25,517 nt of DNA, from positions 1 to 25,517 of the IMG/VR virus record IMGVR_UViG_3300020045_006442; one strand, 5' to 3'. Positions 8,220-14,744 of the stretch are shown in pieces (position 1 is the stretch's first letter; each line of letters opens with the position of its first letter). Below the pieces are notes generated by a model that was not told the origin of the DNA, did not search any database, and worked only from the letters and a program-made list of their open reading frames with translations. The stretch is from a virus (lineage: Duplodnaviria > Caudoviricetes). The position numbers and the translations under genes were made by a program.

Positions 8220-8250
8220 AAAAACCCCCAGCGCCGTGTAGCACTGGGGT
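8220..8250 (-). terminator. Intrinsic terminator directly upstream of the helicase RBS
   Basis: - strand CCCCAGTGC-TACACG-GCGCTGGGG-GTTTTT. Confidence 0.65.
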
Positions 8251-8288
8251 AAGTTGGCCGCGCCGACAGGGATCGGGCGGCGGGCAGT

Positions 8289-8468
8289 CTACTGATAATT
8301 GCCCTCTTGCATATCGAGCGTTAAGGCGTGCTTGCGGCCATCGTCAAAGTTATGATGGGTTGTTGCGCTAAGGGGATTTTTCGCTGCACAGTTTGCACAG
8401 TTAACCGGATCGTTAACCAGCTCTTTGCACTTTTTGCATCGCTTATATTTTGATTGCTTACGGCTCAC
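8289..8468 (-). CDS. Small Zn-finger protein (59 aa, CxxC-x9-CxxC)
   Basis: Below the ORF cutoff. GTG overlaps the stop of 8465..8659; MSRKQSKYKRCKKCKELVNDPVNCANCAAKNPL...NYQ. Confidence 0.65.
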   Translation of the reverse strand: MSRKQSKYKRCKKCKELVNDPVNCANCAAKNPLSATTHHNFDDGRKHALTLDMQEGNYQ

Positions 8469-8659
8469 TCCCGTTCCCCCTTAAAACTAAACAAGCGCCG
8501 ATCCAGCCGCCGCCGTGTTGCTTTCTCGCAGAAGTCGAACCATGACGCGGGCAGAATGCCGTTTTGTGCATGACGCCGGATAACCCGGTCATTCACATCC
8601 ATCGCGGCTTTAATGCGCACGTTTCCGATCTTCTGAATGATTTCTGATGCTGTTTTCAT
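8465..8659 (-). CDS. Cro-like HTH transcriptional regulator
   Basis: 64 aa; MKTASEIIQKIG..IKAAMDV....IRRH...GILPASWF fits small Cro/YdaS-like proteins; first gene after a divergent promoter. Confidence 0.7.
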   Translation of the reverse strand: MKTASEIIQKIGNVRIKAAMDVNDRVIRRHAQNGILPASWFDFCEKATRRRLDRRLFSFKGERE

Positions 8660-8665
8660 GGCTCC

Positions 8666-8693
8666 ACATTACGCGAAAATAAAGCGTCGTCAA
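8666..8693 (-). promoter_or_regulatory. Leftward promoter, probably giving a leaderless mRNA
   Basis: TTGACG-16-TAATGT, then only 6 nt (GGAGCC) before the ATG at 8659. Confidence 0.65.
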
Positions 8694-8719
8694 GGCACAA
8701 AATAGACCAAAATAGGCAC

Positions 8720-8748
8720 TTGACGCGGCAAACAGATTGCCGCAATGT
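8720..8748 (+). promoter_or_regulatory. Rightward promoter with palindromic operator candidate
   Basis: TTGACG-17-CAATGT; GCGGCAA-N5-TTGCCGC (8725-8743) fills the spacer. Confidence 0.65.
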
Positions 8749-8752
8749 AGCG

Positions 8753-8776
8753 ACAGGATCAAACACCGGAGAGAGA
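8753..8776 (+). repeat. Conserved leader/RBS motif ACAGGATCAAACACCGGAGAGAGA, copy 2
   Basis: Matches 1048-1070 with a 1-nt insertion. Confidence 0.85.
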
Positions 8777-8778
8777 CG

Positions 8779-9081
8779 ATGACCGAACACCCGACACACC
8801 ACTTCGTTGTCAAAAAGCTGTTCAAGCACGGCTGGGGGAACATCGCAGATCATGCACTGACATTCCATGACGCCGTTGATGCCGTGCTTGAAGCGTTCAA
8901 GGACAAGCATATCGTGCTGCCGTATGATGTGCCGAGCCGCAAGACGGTTCTGGTGATCGAGATTGACGGGCGCGCGGCGATGGATCGCACCGAGGATGCG
9001 ATTGGCGAGTGCGTGCAGCGCTATGCCGACAGCGACAATGTTCCGCCCGCGTGGCATGATCTGATGGGAGAGAAGGCGTGA
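8779..9081 (+). CDS. Hypothetical protein (100 aa)
   Basis: GGAGAG RBS; GTGA overlap downstream. Confidence 0.75.
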   Translation: MTEHPTHHFVVKKLFKHGWGNIADHALTFHDAVDAVLEAFKDKHIVLPYDVPSRKTVLVIEIDGRAAMDRTEDAIGECVQRYADSDNVPPAWHDLMGEKA

Positions 9082-9275
9082 GCCTATTCATTGACTTCAT
9101 GCGGCCCCAAACGGCTGTAGCCAAAGACTTCACAACGTTTTCGGTGCTAAACATAACCAACGACATTGGCGCAGTTGTCAAAGTTTATTGCGATACAATG
9201 CAGCAAGCCCAAGCTATGGCCGACGCCTTCAATGCACACCAACCGCAACCCGCACCCCAAGAGGCCACAGAATGA
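9078..9275 (+). CDS. Hypothetical protein (65 aa)
   Basis: 4-nt overlaps at both ends. Confidence 0.7.
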   Translation: MSLFIDFMRPQTAVAKDFTTFSVLNITNDIGAVVKVYCDTMQQAQAMADAFNAHQPQPAPQEATE

Positions 9276-9436
9276 GAAAAATATCCCAAGCAATTCAGCC
9301 CCGCCAAGGCAAACGGGAAGCGACAATCATAGCCACCCTGAAGGCCGACAGCGGCTATCAATCAACGGAAACGCATCGCATCAGCGCCAATCAGTGGGGC
9401 CGTATCGTTGCCATCATGAAGGAGGCCGCAGAATGA
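9272..9436 (+). CDS. Hypothetical protein (54 aa)
   Basis: GAGG RBS; ATGA overlaps at both ends. Confidence 0.65.
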   Translation: MRKISQAIQPRQGKREATIIATLKADSGYQSTETHRISANQWGRIVAIMKEAAE

Positions 9437-9768
9437 CCCGCAAATCCATCCCCGAAGCCCCGATGTGCCACGTCGATGATGCGATGATCGTGCATATGTT
9501 TGGCGACCCGCGAGATTGTGGCGCTATCGGTGATGGCGTTACTGACGACAGACATGTTATTGAGCGATTTATGGGGGTTGAGCCTGATCGCTTCCCGCCG
9601 CTCAAATCACAGCGCGAGATTGACGAGGATGGTGGCGTCCCCGGAGCCGTGGCGCTGGTGGTGATGTTTGCAGCTGTTGGCCTCATGGGTTTGATCTGGG
9701 GCATTGGAGAGCCGTTGATGTGGGGGCTGATCCGCTTTGCAAATTGGATGTTGGGGGTGCAGCCGTGA
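9433..9768 (+). CDS. Small membrane protein (111 aa)
   Basis: GGAGG RBS; hydrophobic stretch GAVALVVMFAAVGLMGLIWGIG. Confidence 0.65.
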   Translation: MTRKSIPEAPMCHVDDAMIVHMFGDPRDCGAIGDGVTDDRHVIERFMGVEPDRFPPLKSQREIDEDGGVPGAVALVVMFAAVGLMGLIWGIGEPLMWGLIRFANWMLGVQP

Positions 9769-10022
9769 ACGAACAGAACAACGGCGGGCCTGCGTTTCCG
9801 CATCCCGGACTTAGCGACCCACGCTTCAAGGTGCGCCAAGGGGATGAGGGCATGGCTTTGCGTGATTGGTTTGCGGGGCAGGCAATGATCGGCATTCTAT
9901 CCGGTGGCTTTGCCGACACGGTTCCGCATGATGACATTGGCGGAGGCAGCGATGTTGCTTTCTTTGCATATCAATACGCCGACGCCATGCTCAAAGCCCG
10001 CGAGGTCAGCCGTGACCTTTGA
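9765..10022 (+). CDS. Conserved phage hypothetical protein (GGPAFP...GMxLRDWFA type)
   Basis: GGPAFP, GMALRDWFAGQA, AYQYADAMLKAR. Confidence 0.8.
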   Translation: MNEQNNGGPAFPHPGLSDPRFKVRQGDEGMALRDWFAGQAMIGILSGGFADTVPHDDIGGGSDVAFFAYQYADAMLKAREVSRDL

Positions 10023-10242
10023 TCCGACACAAAACCGCGTCCCGACCTGCCTGCTGACGGCGGCATCTGGCCTGAAACGCATCGTTGAGGAAATCGACGG
10101 CGCAATGAAACACGGCACTTGGCGCGATGAGCATGGTATGCGGTTGAAAGACACACCTGAGTGGGTAGCGTTTTACAACGCGATCACCGAAGCCGACGCC
10201 GTATCCCACGCCAAAGCGATGGTAAAGGCGGGGTGCGTGTGA
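10012..10242 (+). CDS. Hypothetical protein (76 aa)
   Basis: GAGG RBS before GTG; stop overlaps the next ATG. Confidence 0.6.
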   Translation: MTFDPTQNRVPTCLLTAASGLKRIVEEIDGAMKHGTWRDEHGMRLKDTPEWVAFYNAITEADAVSHAKAMVKAGCV

Positions 10243-11012
10243 TGGGGCAATTCATCCGCGACTTCAACGGCGTCCTGCATATTGTTGCGCTGTCCGGTGG
10301 CCATGATAGCACCGCAATGTCTTTGCTTCTTAAAGAGGCGAACCCTGACACTCCCTATAACTATGTTTGCACGCCGACAGGCAACGAACTGCCTGCGATG
10401 TTCGACCACTGGAATAACCTCGGCCAAATCCTCGGGCGCAGGATCGTGCCGATCATGGCCGGAACTCTGCACGGAGTAATTCGCCAGCAGAACATGATCC
10501 CCAATTTCCGGGCGCGTTTCTGCACTCGCATTTTGAAGATTGAGCCTTACCGGGCTTTCCTGAAAGAGCAAGTCGCCCTCGGCCCCATCGTATCCTATGT
10601 TGGATTGCGTGCCGATGAAGAAGGCCGTGCAGGCGGTGCCTATGGCGATATTGATGGCATCGAAATGCGCTTCCCGTTGCGCGATCTTGGCTACGGCGAA
10701 GACGATGTGCAAGCCACGCTGCGCCGCTTTGGTGTTGTCTGCCCTGATCGCACCGACTGCGGCGAGTGCTATCACCAGCGCATCGGGGAGTGGTTTGAAT
10801 ACTGGCGAGACCACAACGAGGCAGCGATGGAAGCTGTCGCCCTTGAGGCTGAAATGGGCGGCACGTTCCGCAGCCCCGGTCGCGATAGCTGGCCCGTTGC
10901 GCTCAAGGATTTGTTCGCCCGGTTTGCCGCTGGCGATGTGCCGACGATCAGCCTTAATCGCATGGCGAGGGAACGGATGCGAGCAGGAGGGTGCAGAGTA
11001 TGTGCGCTATGA
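10242..11012 (+). CDS. PAPS-reductase-family (PP-loop) protein
   Basis: VALSGGHDSTAM PP-loop, TGNELP, RFCTRILKIEP, VGLRADEEGR, RTDCGECY, C-terminal CRVC. Confidence 0.85.
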   Translation: MGQFIRDFNGVLHIVALSGGHDSTAMSLLLKEANPDTPYNYVCTPTGNELPAMFDHWNNLGQILGRRIVPIMAGTLHGVIRQQNMIPNFRARFCTRILKIEPYRAFLKEQVALGPIVSYVGLRADEEGRAGGAYGDIDGIEMRFPLRDLGYGEDDVQATLRRFGVVCPDRTDCGECYHQRIGEWFEYWRDHNEAAMEAVALEAEMGGTFRSPGRDSWPVALKDLFARFAAGDVPTISLNRMARERMRAGGCRVCAL

Positions 11013-11098
11013 GTGACCCCGCAGTTTGGATGCCTTTTGCGATCACCGCACCGCTGGCAGTGATCTTGGTTCTAATCATCAGAAAGCTAATTCCATGA
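11009..11098 (+). CDS. 29-aa single-pass membrane microprotein
   Basis: MSDPAVWMPFAITAPLAVILVLIIRKLIP; ATGA overlaps at both ends fill the gap exactly. Confidence 0.6.
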   Translation: MSDPAVWMPFAITAPLAVILVLIIRKLIP

Positions 11099-11565
11099 CC
11101 CACCCCCAACCCTCCCCCGCTCTGTCGGCAGAGGTGGTGGCGCAGATGATGGCTGATCGCAAGGATGGAACCAGAGGCCCGTGGACGTTTGAGCTTGATG
11201 AGGACACGCAAGAGCCGCGCCTTTATGGTGATGGATCACTAATAGCTGTATTCGGAAATCACATGACAGTTTCTGAGGCGGCTTGGATACCAGAGGCAGA
11301 CGCTAGGCGGGCAACTCGCCTGCCTGATCTCGAAGCCGGGTATCTTGACCTCACCGCCGAGAACGCGGCGCTGCGGGCATCCAAATCCACCGCACTGGAG
11401 CGGGTGAAACGGATCGAAAAGGCATCATCGGAATTTCTGGAAGCCTATGTCGATATGATCAACAGCGGAGATTGCGGCAACTGGGACCCTGAGAAGGAAC
11501 CTCTCGTTATCGCATTACGCGCCACTCTCACAACCGACAAGGCGGGGCAGCATGACAGAGACTGA
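11095..11565 (+). CDS. Hypothetical protein (Ead/Ea22-like layout); paralog of 1..218
   Basis: T-x-GPW near the N-terminus, ADARR..LPDL, then a coiled coil. Confidence 0.75.
   Translation: MTHPQPSPALSAEVVAQMMADRKDGTRGPWTFELDEDTQEPRLYGDGSLIAVFGNHMTVSEAAWIPEADARRATRLPDLEAGYLDLTAENAALRASKSTALERVKRIEKASSEFLEAYVDMINSGDCGNWDPEKEPLVIALRATLTTDKAGQHDRD
11121..11300 (+). repeat. Inverted repeat, copy 2
   Basis: Reverse complement of 1-180. Confidence 0.97.
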
Positions 11566-11950
11566 CATTCACAAGGCTATCATCGCATGGCTGCGCGTAG
11601 TGCTGCCTGACGCCCTAGTGCATCACAGCCCCAACGAGGGGGTGCGCGGTGGCAAGGCCGGCATGATCGACGGGGCGCGCAAGAAGGCCATGGGGCAAAT
11701 GACAGGATGGCCCGACATTGAGGTCATGCTGTGGTCAAATCTTGGGCCGCTGTTTTTCGAGGTCAAAGGCCCGACTGGCCGGATAAGCAAGGAGCAGGAC
11801 GCCGTTTTGACCCGCCTGCAAGAGCTGGGCTATCGGGTGGCAGTGGTGCATTCTGTTGACGATGTGCGGGCCGAGCTGTGCGGTTGGGGCATTCCGACGC
11901 GCGAGAAAGGCTCGACCGTGAAGCTGCCTTGGCGTGGGCTTATATCTTGA
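11552..11950 (+). CDS. VRR-NUC domain nuclease (PD-(D/E)xK)
   Basis: ETDIH...HHSPNEG...GWPDIE...FFEVKGPTGRISKEQ...LGYRVAVV. Confidence 0.9.
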   Translation: MTETDIHKAIIAWLRVVLPDALVHHSPNEGVRGGKAGMIDGARKKAMGQMTGWPDIEVMLWSNLGPLFFEVKGPTGRISKEQDAVLTRLQELGYRVAVVHSVDDVRAELCGWGIPTREKGSTVKLPWRGLIS

Positions 11951-11953
11951 GGC

Positions 11954-12019
11954 TTGCCGCACAACCTAATCTGGTGTAAAAAGGACGGGCGGCGAGGTTG
12001 CCTAGACCTCAAGCCGCCC
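11954..12019 (+). promoter_or_regulatory. Promoter and 5' hairpin ahead of the replication genes
   Basis: TTGCCG-17-TAAAAA (11954-11982); stem GGGCGGC-GAGGT/ACCTC-AA-GCCGCCC (11987-12019). Confidence 0.5.
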
Positions 12020-12043
12020 TTAACAGCGAGTGGAGTTCGCCAT

Positions 12044-12145
12044 ATGACAAACAGATACCACAATTCTGCGCCTGATGGCAACACTTGGGTTCCTATTGGC
12101 GTCCTTGTTAAGCGAATTATTGACAAGAAGAAGCCGACCAAGTGA
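12044..12145 (+). CDS. 33-aa leader ORF coupled to the initiator
   Basis: GGAG RBS, ATG 12044, GTGA overlap with the initiator start. Confidence 0.55.
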   Translation: MTNRYHNSAPDGNTWVPIGVLVKRIIDKKKPTK

Positions 12146-12891
12146 GTGGCGCGGTCAGCATATCCCGCGCACTGTTCGATCACCCCGCATTCAAAGATGA
12201 GCCGCTAACCGAAAGGGAGGCGTGGCTGTGGCTGATCATGGAAGCGTCTTGGAAATCCCGCGATAAAAGGGTTGGAAATTCGGTTGTAACCGCAGAGCGC
12301 GGACAGCTTGCCGCGTCCATCCGCTTTATGGCAGATGCATGGAAATGGGGTGTTGCAAGGGTCCAAAGGTTCGTAAAGAGGCTCGAAAAAATGGAAATGA
12401 TCTGTTCAAAAACCGATACAGGTGTGACCGTCATAACCATATGTAACTACGACAAATTCCAACAAAATAGCAAAGCGTCCGATACGCAACCGATACAGAA
12501 GCGATACACCACCGATACAAACGAGAATAAGGATGAAATAAGGAAAGAAGGAAAGAAGAAGTATCTTGGCGATTTTGAGGCATTTTGGCAGGCTGTCCCG
12601 GTGAAGGTTGGGCGCGCCACGGCGGAGAGGTCTTATGCCAAGGCAGTGGAAAAAACAGACCCCGCTTTGATCCTTTCGGCGATGAAGTCCTATGCTGCGT
12701 CAAGGCTGGGCCAAGACCCGAAATTTACCGCGCATCCGGCAACGTGGCTGAACGCTGGGCGCTGGGCGGATGATGCACCTGCCCCGGCTGCAAAGCGTGA
12801 CCCGCAAGACGGTGATCGGATGCAGCGGAAATCAGATGGCGCAGATATGGTTTATCGGCCCTTTGATGGGTGGGTGCGGTTTTATGGGTGA
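12142..12891 (+). CDS. Phage replication initiator (lambda O/DnaD-like organisation)
   Basis: AWLWLIMEA...RGQL..SIRFMADAWKW...V.RF winged helix; ITICNYDKFQ; FEAFW..P.KVG...HPATWLNAGRW; contains iterons. Confidence 0.85.
   Translation: MSGAVSISRALFDHPAFKDEPLTEREAWLWLIMEASWKSRDKRVGNSVVTAERGQLAASIRFMADAWKWGVARVQRFVKRLEKMEMICSKTDTGVTVITICNYDKFQQNSKASDTQPIQKRYTTDTNENKDEIRKEGKKKYLGDFEAFWQAVPVKVGRATAERSYAKAVEKTDPALILSAMKSYAASRLGQDPKFTAHPATWLNAGRWADDAPAPAAKRDPQDGDRMQRKSDGADMVYRPFDGWVRFYG
12413..12560 (+). repeat. Iterons / probable replication origin
   Basis: (C/G)CGATAC at 12479, 12490, 12501 and 12512 (11-bp period), one more at 12413, then an A/purine-rich tract. Confidence 0.8.
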
Positions 12892-13256
12892 TCGCAATGC
12901 AGAGCGCGTCGGACATTTTGAACAAGGCGGGAATAACCGTCAGGCGGTGGAGCGGAACAGTTCGGACAGTCTGCCCGGAATGCAGCGCAACACGGCGCAA
13001 CAAGGCCGATACCTGCCTATCAGTCACATTTGCGCCGGATGGCATCGTATGGAACTGCTGGCACTGCGGACATGCCGGGGGTGGGTATTATGACAGCCGA
13101 CCCAATGATGTGGCTGCAAGAGGCCCGCAAGCTGGAACCCGGCGTTCTCTCGGCTATGGGGGTTCGGGCGACCAATCACCCCGGCATGGGAATGGTAGTG
13201 GCGTTCCAATACCTGAGGGACGGAAAAGTCTATGCAGCAAAATTCCGAGGCGTTGA
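12888..13256 (+). CDS. Stand-alone primase Zn-binding domain (T7 gp4/Twinkle type)
   Basis: CPECS..RRNK...CLSV......WNCWHCG; start is GTG 12888 or ATG 12897. Confidence 0.8.
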   Translation: MIAMQSASDILNKAGITVRRWSGTVRTVCPECSATRRNKADTCLSVTFAPDGIVWNCWHCGHAGGGYYDSRPNDVAARGPQAGTRRSLGYGGSGDQSPRHGNGSGVPIPEGRKSLCSKIPRR

Positions 13257-14499
13257 AAAAAAGGAATGGCGGTCCAGCCAAGGCATAAGCCGGGGGCTTT
13301 ACAACGAGCCGGGGCTTTGCATCGGAAGCGGGCCTATTGTCCTGACAGAGGGCGAGATAGACGCGATTAGCTGCGTGCAGGCAGGCTACGACCGCAGCGT
13401 GTCCTTGCCGGATGGGTGGACGGTGGACGGCGGCAAGCGTGACGTTCTGGCGCAGTATGAGGATGCGCTGCGGCAAAGCCCTTGGGTGATCGTCGCTGGC
13501 GACAATGACGAGGCTGGCGCTTCGCTTCCCCGGACTGTGGCAAACGTTTTGCGCGGGCATGACGTGCGCTATGTGACGTGGCCCGATGGCTGCAAGGATG
13601 CCAATGACGTTCTGGTGAAGCATGGGGCAGGCGAGGTCGAGCGGTGCCTGCTAGAAGCGCGGCGCATGGACCCGGAGGGCGGGTTTATCACTGGCATATC
13701 TGATCTTCCGCCGATGCCCGCTAGGCGGGTCTTGCGATCCGGCGTCAAGGAATTGGATTATGTATTGGCGTTTGAGGTGGGCGCAATGTCGGTGGGGACA
13801 GGCACGCCGGGGGCGGGGAAATCAACGCTGACAACCTTTGCGGCATATCACGTTGCAATGCACGAGCGTATCTCTGTCGGGTTTCTATCATTCGAGACGC
13901 ACCCGCACCGCACCCGCGATCACCTAGCCAGACTGGCAAGCGGCGGGAAACCATGGGCGGAAATGGGCGATATGGAGCAAGCACGGATGGGTGCAACCCT
14001 TGACCGCAGCTTCCGCATTGCGCACCGCACCTATGACGCTGGGGCGCATAACCTCGGATGGCTCAAGGAAATGATTTATACCTTGGCGGTTCGGGATAAT
14101 TGCAAGCTGATCATTGTTGACCCGTGGAATGAATTGGAGCATTTGCCTGAACCGGGCGAGAGCATGACGGCCTATATTAACTTCGCATTGCAGCAGATCC
14201 GCGTTTGGGCAGAGCAATACGATACCCATATTTGCCTTGTCGCACACCCTCGAAAGATGTCCACAGAAGGCAAGCCCAAAAGCCCAACCGGATATGACAT
14301 TGCTGACAGCGCTGCATTCTTCAACAAGCCATCATTGGGGTTTGCCGTTCATATGGAGGATGACAAGGAAAGCGGGGAAAGCTTTGTCCGCGTCACAACA
14401 TGGAAGGTCAGGGACAGCCAGCTTTACGGAATCGAAAAAGGCGATACGCGCCTGACATTCGACAAGAATTTGATGGCATACAGGAGATACGACGCATGA
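13090..14499 (+). CDS. TOPRIM primase / DnaB-like (Twinkle-type) helicase lacking the Zn domain
   Basis: TEGEIDA, GDNDEAG, KDANDVL (TOPRIM); GTPGAGKST, IIVDPWN, LVAHPRK, YDIADSAAF (SF4 helicase). Confidence 0.93.
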   Translation: MTADPMMWLQEARKLEPGVLSAMGVRATNHPGMGMVVAFQYLRDGKVYAAKFRGVEKKEWRSSQGISRGLYNEPGLCIGSGPIVLTEGEIDAISCVQAGYDRSVSLPDGWTVDGGKRDVLAQYEDALRQSPWVIVAGDNDEAGASLPRTVANVLRGHDVRYVTWPDGCKDANDVLVKHGAGEVERCLLEARRMDPEGGFITGISDLPPMPARRVLRSGVKELDYVLAFEVGAMSVGTGTPGAGKSTLTTFAAYHVAMHERISVGFLSFETHPHRTRDHLARLASGGKPWAEMGDMEQARMGATLDRSFRIAHRTYDAGAHNLGWLKEMIYTLAVRDNCKLIIVDPWNELEHLPEPGESMTAYINFALQQIRVWAEQYDTHICLVAHPRKMSTEGKPKSPTGYDIADSAAFFNKPSLGFAVHMEDDKESGESFVRVTTWKVRDSQLYGIEKGDTRLTFDKNLMAYRRYDA

Positions 14500-14627
14500 C
14501 CCGCTATCTGCTCGAAAACACCAAGACAGGCGCATACATTTGGTTTCTCAGCGAGGCCCAAGCCAAGCGCGCTGCGGCTGCAATGGGATGGTGCGATTAT
14601 TCGATAACTTCCCAGAAAATCGTTTGA
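14496..14627 (+). CDS. Small hypothetical protein (43 aa)
   Basis: AGGAG RBS; ATGA overlap with the helicase stop. Confidence 0.6.
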   Translation: MTRYLLENTKTGAYIWFLSEAQAKRAAAAMGWCDYSITSQKIV

Positions 14628-14729
14628 CCCAGCGCGGAATAGGCGGCATGATATGCAAGCGCGGCCTCGACCCCAGAGTAGCTCTCTGACGGTGTGTTGA
14701 TCCTCCCCGACTTGAGGCCGCGTATTTTT
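14624..14729 (+). promoter_or_regulatory. Promoter plus branched structured leader (candidate ncRNA or attenuator)
   Basis: TTGACC-17-CATGAT (14624-14652); outer stem CGCGGCCTCGA/TTGAGGCCGCG (14660-14722); inner CAGAG-TAGCT-CTCTG; followed by TATTTTT. Confidence 0.6.
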
Positions 14730-14744
14730 CAGGGAGGTGTGGAG

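Noticed and set aside
10242-11012. Complete Dnd/Ssp phosphorothioation system or cysH metabolic gene
   Set aside because: No cysteine desulfurase, DndD/E, Ssp or cys pathway genes in the window.
1-11300. Repeat pair as DGR template/variable repeats
   Set aside because: Mismatches are not adenine-specific (include G/C and C/T), both copies are in-frame coding, and no reverse transcriptase is in the window.
12479-12518. CRISPR-like or tandem array
   Set aside because: Only 6-7-nt repeats at an 11-bp period inside the initiator gene; these fit iterons. No spacers or cas genes.
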